From Bugula neritina (lineage: Eukaryota; Animalia; Bryozoa), in NCBI GenBank assembly GCA_964035545.1, contig OZ037768.1, positions 20,629,700 through 20,693,699 of the forward strand: a DNA stretch of 64,000 nucleotides, read 5' to 3'. The notes under the pieces are model-generated. The model was not told the origin of the DNA. It ran no database searches and was given only the letters and a program-made list of their open reading frames with translations. The translations under genes and the position numbers were made by a program. Below, piece after piece: positions 1 through 11,400 of the stretch. Within the stretch, counting starts at the first letter, position 1. The number at the start of each line of letters is the position of its first letter.

Positions 1-1
1 A

Positions 2-2641
2 GACGGCAGTTGGCGGTTCTGTGTGGACTACCGCAAACTCAATAGCGTAACCATACAGGACGCCTACCCTCTACCTCGTATTGACGAGTCATTGGACGCC
101 CTAGCCGGCAGCAAGTACTTCAGTACGTTAGACTTGCTAAGCGGCTATTGGCAGGTTCCTCTGAGTCCCGACGCCCAAGAGAAAGCGGCGTTTATTACAC
201 GGGACGGTTTGTGGAAGTGGAAGGTGCTGCCCTTCGGGTTAACCTCCGCCCCAGCCACCTTCCAGAGGCTGATGGAACAAGTCCTTAGCGGACTCCATTG
301 GAAGACACTGCTGGTCTACCTCGATGATGTCATCGTAATCTCCCCAGACTTCGAGACACATGTCAGTCGTCTGCAGGAGGTTTTCGAGAGACTCCGAGGT
401 GCCGGTCTTAAGCTCAAACCTTCCAAGTGCGCTCTGTTGCAGCCGGAGGTCAAGTACCTGGGGCACGTTGTCGGTCGAAACGGCGTGGCAACGGATCCCG
501 AAAAGGTACGGGCAGTAGAAGACTGGGTCACCCCTCAAGACTTGACCGGACTCCGGGCTTTCTTGGGGCTGGTAGGGTATTACAGGCAATACATACCAGA
601 CTTTGCGGGCATAGCCCAGCCGTTAAACCGGCTTACCGCAAAGGGAGTGACGTGGCAGTGGACTCCAGTCGAACAAGAAGCGTTCGACCGCCTCAAGGGC
701 TGCCTCCTAACGGCGCCCATCTTGGCCTACCCAGACCCCACTCTGGAGTACATCCTAGACACAGACGCCAGTGACCAGAATGTTGGCGCTGTGCTGTCGC
801 AAGTGCAGGAAGGCCGAGAAGTAGTAGTAGCCTACTACAGCAAGTCTCTCTCTCCCGCTGAACGAAATTACTGCACTACCCGCAAGGAGCTGCTGGCAGT
901 AATCAAGTCAGTGAAGCACTTCAGACCATACCTATATGGCAGGAAGTTCCGGCTGCGTACGGATCATGCCTCGCTGATCTGGTTGTGCAGGAGAGCAGAG
1001 CCCTCCAGTCAGGTCGCCCGGTGGCTCGAAATCCTAGCTGAATTCTCGTACCGGATCGAACACCGACCGGGCAAGAGACACAGCAATGCAGATGGGTTGA
1101 GTCGCCGACCTGACGGAGGTTGCAAACAGTGTCTCAACATCGAGAGGAGGGATGGAGGTCCCCCACGATGCGAGTTGGAGACGCTGGCTCATCACGGAGC
1201 ACCGTTTGACTGGGATCAAGGTCAACTCAGGCAAAGAGTTGATGAGTCCCCGGAGGATGTGCAAAACCTCCGCGCCAACCCTGTACTGGCCGGTAATGTT
1301 CGAGAGCTGAAGAAGCTCCAAGAAGAGCTGCCGGGAGTCGTGGCAGACATCTACCGGGCCAAAAGGGAAGGGCGACGACCCAGCGAGGAACGCATACGAC
1401 AGGGATGCGCCGAGTTCCGGCTATACTGTCAGCGTTGGGACTCGCTGCGGATCGGGCAGGATGGGTTGCTAACCATCTCTCTAGCTGCCAGCGGCAGACA
1501 CCCGGAAAGGAAGAGGGTAGTCTGCCCCACAGCCATCCGCCGTGAGTTGATTTGGGATACTCACAAGCAGGCCCACGCAGGGGTCAAGCGAGTGATATCC
1601 AAATTACGACTCCGGTGGTATTGGCCGCAGATGGAGCGTGACGTCCGGCTCAGAGTCAAACAGTGTGAGATCTGCCAGGCCAGTAAGCATAGCCGCCCCC
1701 CTGGTGAAGCAGGACGGCGGAGGCTATATGCTGGTAGGCCCTGGCAAGTAGTCGCTGTAGACCTGGTCGGACCCATGCCCCTGACCCCCAGAGGCAATAA
1801 TTGGATCCTAGTACTAACCGACCACTTTACTAGGTGGGCGGATGCTCTGGCTATCCCAGATGCATCAGCCCCAACAGTGGCCAGGGCACTAGACCAACAT
1901 GTATTCTGTTATTTTGGGCTTCCCGAACAGATACACTCTGATCAAGGCGCTCAATTCCAGTCTCAACTGATGAGCGACCTTTGCCACCTCTGGGGAGTAA
2001 ATCAGAGCAGGACCACCCCCTACCACCCTCAAGGTAACGGGGTGGTGGAGCGCAACAACCGGATGCTAGGTGATGCGCTCCGGAGTCTCCTCCTTGGACG
2101 AGGTCAAGAGGAATGGGATACGGTGTTGCCGCAAGTCATGCGTGCATACCGTAGCACCCCACACACCAGTACTGGTGAGACCCCAAACCTCTTGATGCTC
2201 GGGAGAGAGACTCGTGTCCCTGACCATCTCACCTATCACGTTCCAGAGCAGGATAACTCAGTCCACGAGTATGCCAGTGAACTAGTGGAACGGATGAAGG
2301 CCGCACACGAGATACTGCGTCAACAGCAGTGGAAGGTGCGGCACGAAGATTCCGATGAACCACCCCTCTATCAAAGAGGAGATAAGGTGTGGATGGTCAA
2401 TTACCGTAGGCGCCGCGGACAGGCTGATAAGCTGAAGCCTAAGTTCGTAGGCCCCTACGTGGTCGTCGAGGCTATGCCCAATCATACGTACAAGATTGAG
2501 CGCTCAGGACAGGTGTCTATCCAGAATGAGTCTCGCTTGAAACCGTATTGGGCTAGCCCTGACGGAGTGGGAGAAGCCCCCCCCGTTGTTAGAGCCCAGG
2601 AGGCAGACAACGACGCGCGGGCGACGGCGGCATGGACCTGA
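2..2641 (+). CDS. pol: Gypsy pol polyprotein (RT, RNase H, integrase), 5'-partial
   Basis: Frame is open from base 2 ([14 protein letters not shown]). RT: LPFGL, YLDD. RNase H: DTDAS, ELLA, TDH, ADGLSR. Integrase: H-x3-H...CEIC, D (VDLVGP), D (SDQG), E (VERNN), GPY motif (KFVGPY). Confidence 0.97.
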   Translation, partial: DGSWRFCVDYRKLNSVTIQDAYPLPRIDESLDALAGSKYFSTLDLLSGYWQVPLSPDAQEKAAFITRDGLWKWKVLPFGLTSAPATFQRLMEQVLSGLHWKTLLVYLDDVIVISPDFETHVSRLQEVFERLRGAGLKLKPSKCALLQPEVKYLGHVVGRNGVATDPEKVRAVEDWVTPQDLTGLRAFLGLVGYYRQYIPDFAGIAQPLNRLTAKGVTWQWTPVEQEAFDRLKGCLLTAPILAYPDPTLEYILDTDASDQNVGAVLSQVQEGREVVVAYYSKSLSPAERNYCTTRKELLAVIKSVKHFRPYLYGRKFRLRTDHASLIWLCRRAEPSSQVARWLEILAEFSYRIEHRPGKRHSNADGLSRRPDGGCKQCLNIERRDGGPPRCELETLAHHGAPFDWDQGQLRQRVDESPEDVQNLRANPVLAGNVRELKKLQEELPGVVADIYRAKREGRRPSEERIRQGCAEFRLYCQRWDSLRIGQDGLLTISLAASGRHPERKRVVCPTAIRRELIWDTHKQAHAGVKRVISKLRLRWYWPQMERDVRLRVKQCEICQASKHSRPPGEAGRRRLYAGRPWQVVAVDLVGPMPLTPRGNNWILVLTDHFTRWADALAIPDASAPTVARALDQHVFCYFGLPEQIHSDQGAQFQSQLMSDLCHLWGVNQSRTTPYHPQGNGVVERNNRMLGDALRSLLLGRGQEEWDTVLPQVMRAYRSTPHTSTGETPNLLMLGRETRVPDHLTYHVPEQDNSVHEYASELVERMKAAHEILRQQQWKVRHEDSDEPPLYQRGDKVWMVNYRRRRGQADKLKPKFVGPYVVVEAMPNHTYKIERSGQVSIQNESRLKPYWASPDGVGEAPPVVRAQEADNDARATAAWT

Positions 2642-3227
2642 ATACGAAGTGGTCATACCGCGGGAGGAAAACTTGGTGAGAGAGGAGCGGCAGCTTTTGT
2701 CAACAGAAGCGTGTCCGCCACCGCCAAGTCTAATTCCATCACTTCCAGAAACCGAGCCGGTTCCGGAAGTGCAAACCCCCACGGAGGGAGGGGCTCCATC
2801 CGGAGAACAAGAAGAGGTGACCACTAACGGTGAAGTAGAGACGCCATTAGAGGCCCCTACTAACGAACCGGCAAGCGTGTCACCCCCCCTAGAAAGGGGA
2901 CAGCGTACGAGGAAGCCCCCACCGTATTTGAAAGACTTCATATGTGACTGCATTAGAAGCGGCGCACATGAAAGTCTAGGGGAAAACCGTACGATAAAAT
3001 GTTGGAGTTGTGAACCCCACGCAAATATCAACTTTTGCGAGGGCGGAATAGTGGGAGGAATTAATGCGCGTAAAGCAAATAGTTCCGACCTCGTGCCTCA
3101 GAAACGATGCTCAGCCTTTTCTTATGCTGACATCGCCAAAGGCAGACGTATCTCACAACCAGCTCCAACCTTACCAAGAACGTTGAGTATGGACATTAAT
3201 ACCGAGTTCCCAGGTAAGCCAGTATAA
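2586..3227 (+). CDS. Probable C-terminal tail of pol/integrase in the +1 frame after a C8 run
   Basis: Removing one C from 2577-2584 gives [11 protein letters not shown]... in frame. Contains [15 protein letters not shown], resembling the R-x-R-xx-P-xx-L-x-D-[YF] motif common after LTR-retrotransposon integrases. Confidence 0.75.
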   Translation: MLEPRRQTTTRGRRRHGPEYEVVIPREENLVREERQLLSTEACPPPPSLIPSLPETEPVPEVQTPTEGGAPSGEQEEVTTNGEVETPLEAPTNEPASVSPPLERGQRTRKPPPYLKDFICDCIRSGAHESLGENRTIKCWSCEPHANINFCEGGIVGGINARKANSSDLVPQKRCSAFSYADIAKGRRISQPAPTLPRTLSMDINTEFPGKPV

Positions 3228-3244
3228 GTCTTGTATTCCTATTC

Positions 3245-4318
3245 ATGGAAACGGGCTCGATGCCAGTAAATTCTGAACTAATTCAGCAGATTGAATCAGA
3301 ATTACTGGGAACCACGTTTCATGTGAATGACGATGAAGACACTGTAATGGCCGACGGTCTGTTAGACCTGGAGCTAGACACTGTTCTTGGTCAGTCCACA
3401 CATGATTCATCAGTTCCTCGAGTGCATTCCAAAAGCTGTGACTCTCAGGCTAGCAACGGTCGACAGTCACTAGAATTATGTTGTAAAGATCCACCGCGAT
3501 CTAACAATAATTCTACTTTTGTAGACACACTCGCGCCCGTCTCTACGGACATGCCTTCTCTAGAGATGGCATGGGACCCAGAGCCGGCCCCAACAACTCC
3601 TACCACCAGGCAACTGCCACCCCAGTTGGAAGCAACCTCCAACTGGATTACCCCTGCCACAGAGAGAGAAATCAGGACCCATCAAGGAGGTGAGAGTAAT
3701 CGTGAATGCAACCTCTGCCAGCAGCGATTCACAACCCACCGCAGACTAAAGGTGCACTTGCCGCAGCACTACATCACCACTTTCTGCCCTTGCGGAGAAT
3801 ATAGCTACAATCGTGATTACCTACTGCGGCACCAACGTACTATGCAGTGCTATCAAGGACATGTCTATGAAGTAGACGAATCATCATATCCTGCCTTTCT
3901 CAACGCCATCAAACCACTCATCACTGACTCAGCTCGGCTATCTCGCCTGGAGCAAGGCTTCCCTTCCCCGCGACCCATCATCTCTGGAGCCGCAGATAAA
4001 CCTACACAGTCTGCTAACTCTCCACCTCACAGTCCTATACGCATGCCGCATACCTTTCCTCGTGTCGTACTACAGAGAGTAGACACAAATGCGTATACAC
4101 TCCCTCCTCCTCTTCCATCCTCAGAGCGGAAACGACACAGGCAGCCAACTTCCTCTCGCTCGTCCCCCTGGGCCCGTAACCTACGTGAGGTAGAAGCTAG
4201 GGCGCATGACTTGGAGCAAGAAGTGTACAGGCTGGCCCCACGGGTACAGGCAGCATCCAGTGAACTCAAATATTTACAGGAGTCTATTAAACGCATGAAG
4301 CGTGCGGCCCGCAGTTAA
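3245..4318 (+). CDS. Retrotransposon accessory ORF (357 aa): acidic N-terminus, C2H2 and C2HC zinc fingers, Pro-rich linker, basic patch, C-terminal coiled coil
   Basis: CNLC-x12-H-x3-H with canonical F and L; CPC-x12-H-x5-C; RKRHR; heptad-like LREVEARAHDLEQEVYRL...LKYLQESIKRM. Lies between pol and the PPT; no signal peptide or TM segment. Confidence 0.8.
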   Translation: METGSMPVNSELIQQIESELLGTTFHVNDDEDTVMADGLLDLELDTVLGQSTHDSSVPRVHSKSCDSQASNGRQSLELCCKDPPRSNNNSTFVDTLAPVSTDMPSLEMAWDPEPAPTTPTTRQLPPQLEATSNWITPATEREIRTHQGGESNRECNLCQQRFTTHRRLKVHLPQHYITTFCPCGEYSYNRDYLLRHQRTMQCYQGHVYEVDESSYPAFLNAIKPLITDSARLSRLEQGFPSPRPIISGAADKPTQSANSPPHSPIRMPHTFPRVVLQRVDTNAYTLPPPLPSSERKRHRQPTSSRSSPWARNLREVEARAHDLEQEVYRLAPRVQAASSELKYLQESIKRMKRAARS

Positions 4319-4573
4319 CTCGAGTCTACCTACAACTCCCTACTACTCATTCCCCTACCTCTCTGTGGCATTCCCTACCGTAATGGTGGCACGTACTCTA
4401 TATGTAGATAGGACCTTCTCTTGCTTATTACTTAGTGCACGTTATATATACTTGTATATTTTTTACCAGTTGTTGTTTTTTTATATACTTTTATACTGTT
4501 CTCTTACCCCCCCCCACAACGAAGTATACGTTTTTATGTGAATCTTATTTTATCAGAAAGTGGGCTTTCTGCT

Positions 4574-4584
4574 GGAGGGGGCAG
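4574..4584 (+). other. Polypurine tract (plus-strand primer)
   Basis: GGAGGGGGCAG immediately precedes TGTGGT, the LTR start. Confidence 0.8.
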
Positions 4585-4889
4585 TGTGGTGGCTCGTGGA
4601 GCTACCAGCAACACAATACGCAAGGTTGCGTATTGACCCGGAACAATGTATTAGCCAATTAGCTAAGCTGTTTTATAAGTAATAGTAGCGGCTTCGCGCT
4701 ACTAGCTCAGTTGAGGATAGTGCTGTAAACTAAATAGACGTGCGTATCATTACTGTTGTACATTGGATTTTTATTATGTATTCTTGTATTAAATATAACG
4801 ATATCTACTCGACTTAACTGGTGAAGTTTCTCTAGTGTTAAATAGACTCTCTTGGTGGCACATCAACCCTAAATCTGAAAACTATAACA
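4585..4889 (+). repeat. 3' LTR, ~305 bp
   Basis: Starts TGT after the PPT and ends ...TATAACA before low-complexity host DNA; TATAA-like motif ~4674 and ATTAAA ~4788. 5' LTR is not in the window, so the right boundary is inferred. Confidence 0.7.
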
Positions 4890-7447
4890 GTATGACTATG
4901 AGTATCAACATCAGCATGACTATGAGTATGACTTACCATCATCTATAAGTATGACTAGCACTAGCAGACTACGGAACCCGATGGGCGATGAGGTACTCAT
5001 ACCCATAGTGATTGTGATTGTCACTATCATTATCATTCATTCATTGTGATTGAGTACCGAAGCAACAATAATTTAATAATTATAATAAATTAAAATAATA
5101 ATAGTAATACTAATACAAAAAATAGTGACAGTTATAGTAATACTAATAGTAATGCAATAATTTATTGAATAAATAACAATAACAATTGCCGTAACCGTGG
5201 CAATTATTATTAATGTTAATAATATTAATATTATCATTTAATATTTCAATTTATTATTAATTAATATTATAATTATTAAATTCTGATTAGTATATTAATA
5301 CACTAAAGACGGCATTGAGAAATTATAGTTATTTATCATTGTATTTTAATGAACAACAATATAAATATAACAATAACAATAATGTAATTATGAATATGAA
5401 TATCAACAATTACATTTAATATAACGGAAAGTTCAATAAATCCAAAATTAACGACAGCACGGTAAACGTAGTTTTCTCGCTAGGCGCGTGACTTTCAAGG
5501 CTGGCTTGTAGTAGTATAAAGAAAACAACTCTTATATTACGGCTTACTGCTGGGTTAATTTTAAATTTGGAGCTGCATAAATAAGAGTAAACTGGAAATG
5601 CATGATTATTTTATAGGTATATATATATAATATGCTACAATCAAAATAACCTTTGAAATACCCATTGATAATTTCGATAGACCAATTCATACAGATTTCG
5701 CAATAATAATTATTGTTTTATATTTAGTAAATGTGAGATGTTTTCTTTATCCTAATGCAAGAATTTTTGACCTGGAATGTTATAATTTCAAATTCAGAAG
5801 TCAGGAAATTTCAGTCTCTAGCTGTAATCGCAATATTTTAAAATTCATAAACTAATAATATAATTGTAAGCAGAGTAAATGTTTTCGTGGGTTTAAACTC
5901 GTATTTTAATTTGTAAGTGTCTTTATATTTTATACCTCCAAACACAAAAGGAAAAAGAACTTAGAAAATGAACATAATAAACATAATATAATCATACATT
6001 GGAGCAGAAATAAAATGCATATATAATATACAAGTTTTGCAAAGTGAGTTAGAATAATGCTTGCCTGCACAGTCAGTATAGGTGATATAATATACTATAT
6101 ACCACATGCTACTTAATTCTAATTGTTAGTGGCTAGATTTAGCCATTTCTCTTTTATTATCCTACTTACACAGGATAATTACTTCTTAAGAGTTATTCTT
6201 GCTGAGTAACTATGAAGATTGTCAATACTTACTCAGTTTTACTAATATAGTGCTGCAACATCAAATTGACATTTTTCCGGAAGCTGATATGCGATATAAC
6301 GATATTTAATAATGTAGTTGTTTAGGAAATATTATTTGTCCAATAAACACAATCTGCTCATATCTAAAAGTTCCGACATTTATATGAAAGTTCAAACTCA
6401 TTTGCTGTTAGTGTTCACATTTCATATCATGGTGAATATTATTTATTATATATTATATATACACTTCACTTAACCCATATAAATATACCTGGGTAGAGGT
6501 AATAAACGTATGTACTGTATCTATAATATCCTATCTACATGCACATGCATAGTTCAGCCGAGTTCATTTTATGACAAGATGCTACTGGACTTTGTAGTAA
6601 GCTCATGTAGAAGATGATTAATGTGTTCTATACATGGCAATAGTTGTTTACCAACACAGGTGTATTAAACATTCTACCTTGTAACATTACTCACATATCA
6701 CTGCTGTCTTTAATCTAACCTGATGTACATTGGATTAGCAATTTTCTTAAAAGGGAAAATTTTTTATCATGATGCATGGTTCATCAATCGGTGAGTACAA
6801 TTTACTATGTAACAACATATTATTATTTGATGCTCTCATTGTGTGCGAATCAAATTATTAAGTTTGTTTTATTTTTCATCCTTATTTTTTGCTTAATAAC
6901 CCTTCAATTATTGTTCATTCTTTAAAACTTGTTAATATTTTAATAGTAATCATATTTTATACTAATAATGTGTCTGCATGATTTATTTTGTAATATATTA
7001 GCTATTATCTCAAATGTGTGTCCCTCTTATTGCATGCTTATACTATTTTGGAAGTTATATGGCTTTACTGATCATGATCAACATAATTTGGTTTTGATAC
7101 TGTAAAATTAAGTATTGCTCTCAAATCTAAGTTAAGATTAATTTATCTAAAACATTTAACTCCCATTTAACCTCACATATGATACATTCATAGTATATAT
7201 GTGTACAGTTTTGCCATCAAATAGTACGATTTTATTTATATCTGATGGACATATCTTTATGCTTTGGGGCGGTTGTAAAGCATTGCCAGCTGCAAATTTT
7301 TAAAATATTTTTTATTCCTAAATACAAGTTTTTTATTGTAACCCACAAATTTTGAGCATCCAAAGTTCCAAGACTGCGGCTATTTAATGCTTGAATATTA
7401 ATCAAATTTCCAGCTTTCTCAATTAACTATTTAATACTTCTGCCTTG

Positions 7448-8028
7448 ATAACTGCTTACTATATCTAATAGACAACTGCTTACTGTATCTAATAGACAAC
7501 TGCTTACTATATCTAATAGACAACTGCTTACTGTATCTAATAGACAACTGCTTACTGTATCTAATAGACAACTGCTTACTGTATCTAATAGACAACTGCT
7601 TACTATATCTAATAGACAACTGCTTACTGTATCTAATAGACAACTGCTTACTGTATCTAATAGACAACTGCTTACTGTATCTAATAGACAACTGCTTACT
7701 GTATCTAATAGACAACTGCTTACTGTATCTAATAGACAACTGCTTACTGTATCTAATAGACAACTGCTTACTGTATCTAATAGACAACTGCTTACTATAT
7801 CTAATAGACAACTGCTTACTGTATCTAATAGACAACTGCTTACTGTATCTAATAGACAACTGCTTACTATATCTAATAGACAACTGCTTACTGTATCTAA
7901 TAGACAACTGCTTACTGTATCTAATAGACAACTGCTTACTATATATAATAGGCAACTGCTTGCTATATCTAATAGACAACTGCTTACTGTATCTAATAGA
8001 TAACTGCTTACTGTATCTAATAGACAAC
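7448..8028. repeat. 24-bp minisatellite, ~24 copies
   Basis: Near-perfect tandem unit CAACTGCTTACT[G/A]TATCTAATAGA with no spacers. Confidence 0.97.
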
Positions 8029-8204
8029 TATTGTACTTACTGCAAGGCTTTTATTACTTCAGATTCTTCAACCACCTATAAACTGCTATCACTTTCTTTA
8101 TATATGTTTTCACAACAACAAAAACAACTTTATAGCCTACACCTAAAAACATAACGAGGCCATAACAATATCAATTAGCATCGTGACATTATGTTATTTT
8201 GTAG

Positions 8205-8452
8205 ATGCTATCCTACCGAGCCTGGTCACCATTATAATGCTCATCATATTTGCCTGCTGCATTTATGCTTGTTGCATACGTGAAAATCCTCCACATAAAC
8301 AAGTAAAGCGCAACCTGCAGAAAACAGAAATTCAAACAAATTTACCTGCGCCAATATCTCAGACTAACAAGCAGTCAAAAGTTATAGACTTGGAAAAGAA
8401 TATGCCCTCAAATAGCAATATTGCTGCAAGCAGAAACTTGCTGTTACCTTAG
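8205..8452 (+). CDS. Possible terminal exon of a small single-pass membrane protein
   Basis: Acceptor ttttgtag; hydrophobic AILPSLVTIIMLIIFACCIYACC followed by a basic/polar tail and stop. Upstream exons not resolved. Confidence 0.4.
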
Positions 8453-11400
8453 CATAATCTGTTTAATAGACACTGTATTCATTTTGTTTATTTCTTGTAG
8501 TAGGAATGCTAAAAAGGTCAGTTAAAATTTATAAAAATGTAATTGCAATAGTTTGATGTAAATAATGAAGAGATTTTAATAGCTTTATATCTTTTTTTAT
8601 AACTATACTGATGGCATATCCTTGTTTACTTTTTAATCTTTGTTGTGAAATATTTTTATACCAATTTTATATTCTAATTATTTTTGAAGGCTATATTGTG
8701 TTATATATAACTTGTGCATTTTACATTCTCCTTATACATTATGTAAACAATTGTATCTAATTTTCTGTAATATTCTATTTGTATAAATCTAACGTTTACA
8801 TGGAATTTTTGTCAACTATAGTACTAAGTTTAGAAAGTTACAAATATGATACTTGTATATTTATATAGCTTTTAATGTATATAATTTGAATACATTATAT
8901 ATTCTATTACATATTAAACAAATAAAGTAAGGCTGCTATAGTAGCCTACAAGCTTTTAACCTAAAACCAAACTATAATTAAACTTATAATTGGCTTTAAT
9001 TTGCATATAAAAAAGCTTCAATTACATTTTAAGTTTATTAATACTATCGTTTTTTTAAATGTGTTATCAAAATTGTGCAGTATCCTCTTCTCATTCTGCA
9101 CCTAAACAGCCATGCACTTATACACAGCTACACCTACAGCGCTACACCTACATGGTTTTACACTTTCACAGCTACACTTACACCTCTACATCTACACGCT
9201 GCAGCCATATTGGTATCTTCATTTATACATTGTATGTACTGAATTGCAGAGGCTGGACTCTGTGCGGGACAAAAAAGTATTTTCACTCTTTTTAGCCAAG
9301 CCCGCGCTATTTGAAACAAATAATTCACCAATAATGGAGTTTTAGCCCCTGCAGTGAGCCCAAATATTCACTACACTTCCAGGACAACTCTATAAAAACT
9401 GAATACTGGATAGGGAGCTCATATTTACTGCGTTCCTATTGCTCCAAATGAATCCTTACAGATGCTCCTATGAATGAACTTATGGTTTCGGTTTCATATG
9501 ATCCAACTTTTTCCAAACACCAAATGAAAAATCTATTTGCATAACTGGAAGCTTGGAAACTCAGTGTATAGGTGCTACACAGGATTACCTTGTAGAGTAT
9601 ACGTATAGAATCAATTCCAACTCTGCGATAGGCATGTTTTTCAAATACCTTTCTATCAATATAATTTATTGTGTGTAACGGTAGGGCTGACCCAACATCA
9701 GCCTGAAATTTTGAAAAAAGACCTCAAAGAGAGCAGATAGTAACTATAATATAAATGTGAATTCAAGTGTTTATTTTTGAATTGACTAGTGCCTCTTATT
9801 CTGTAAGCATCTTCTCATGATTATAATACATCTATTGCAAAGTATATCTGAAATTGTTTTACTTGGATACAGACTTTATTGGAGTTGTCTTACACACAGA
9901 GGTCCAGCTTCATGGGTTAAGATCTCATGGACAGAACACAAACCCCATTAATATTATGAATACCTACCTATTCACAGGGTGTCGTGCCGCACTCTGAATT
10001 ATAGATATTGACATTTAAATCCGCTTGTGAGTTGTGAGTACTAATGTACTCGCGGACTAAGTACATTCTATTCATACTCAGCTGTAGTGTTTTTGTACTA
10101 TCTGTATCTATGCAACAATGCTACAATAAATGTAACCACCTAGCTCAAAGCTTTTGGCACACTTTCAATGGGTGAACATTATTAAAAACACATTAAATTT
10201 GCAATATAAAACAAATAAGTCCCCACGATTAAACAAAAAATTATTCAACTGACCTTGCTTGGAGACTAAAGACTAAATTTAGCTGATAACCATAGTATGT
10301 GCTAGCATATATTCTTTTTTATAAAGTTGTCTTTTCTAATCATTGGAAATAAAGTGAACCAATAGCATGGAAAACTAGTTAAACTGTTAAGCTAAAATAA
10401 CCTGAATTATAATATATTTTTAGACGTGCACTAGGTCCTAGAGGTTGTTGTTTTGTAGATGTTGTTATTATTGATAATAAAATGCTAGCAAAACAACATT
10501 GGCTGTGACTGTAGATCTGAATGTTGAAATTATTACATCTCTATACAGCTATATTTAGTACCAGTCACCTGTGTAATGCTGTCTTAAAGACTGGTGCTTA
10601 AATCGGCACATTCCTAAATGTCATTGAACTTGGTATATATAATAATAATATACACATAATTACCAACACTGTTGAATAAGTCCTTTCAAAATTGATAGTG
10701 GTTATGCATCAAGTGTAATATTAAATTATATAATGGGATATATTATGTTTGACTATTTAGGAATATAATTAGATTGGGTGCACATAATGGGGGGTTTAGT
10801 AATGCACTAAGGTACTACATGTGGGGCAAACTTGGCAGAAAGAGGTAGAGAGATGCATACCATGCTGCTTTGCCTTTCTCTGCCACCAAGTTTGGCAGCA
10901 TAGCAGATCAACCAGCTTGCAGGTGAGGGTTTAGTAGCCATAAACTAAAATTCAAGTAAGAGTTTTGTTATACAATACTGGTAGGTTAAGAGCAACACAT
11001 AGCATTAAAACTGCTTTTGCATATTTGTAGACTTTTAGCTGAGGTTTTTGAAATGTATATGGTTGGTTTGAGATTGAGGTTATCTTTTACTTGTTTAAAC
11101 TCGAATTGCATGTTGATATGAATGAAAATTATTTTGCATCTGCTTCATGTAATTAAACAGAATCTAGGTAGCAGTTGAAGTACATTTTACACCAGCTAGA
11201 GATATAACCAGGTTTATATACCAGTAAAGCTTCCGTGGGCAAGATTGTCATAATATTTATTACTGCCATAACATTATATTTTAGAAATAAATTTGTATCA
11301 CATGTAGGTGAAATATAAAGTGTAAGTTACTTGTAGGTGTAATAATGTATAAAATACATTGAGATGCAGTATAATTGTGTAAGTTGTCTAGAGATGTTAT

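Larger units (their letters stand above)
1..4889 (+). mobile_element. Ty3/Gypsy LTR retrotransposon, 3' half (5' part outside window)
   Basis: Domain order RT-RNaseH-INT, polypurine tract, TG...CA LTR, and a sharp drop from GC-rich to AT-rich sequence after ~4.4-4.9 kb. Confidence 0.95.

Noticed and set aside
239-4296. Antisense and alternate-frame ORFs within the retrotransposon
   Set aside because: Expected by-products of GC-rich coding sequence; no recognisable motifs
3245-4318. ORF3 as an envelope gene
   Set aside because: No signal peptide or transmembrane anchor; contains zinc fingers instead
7431-8027. 198-aa (SIRYSKQL)n ORF and CRISPR-like look of the array
   Set aside because: Translation of a 24-bp tandem repeat; no spacers, no cas genes, eukaryotic context
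9247-9351. Possible small hAT MITE (CAGAGGCT...AGCCCCTG)
   Set aside because: TIRs short and imperfect, with no target-site duplication
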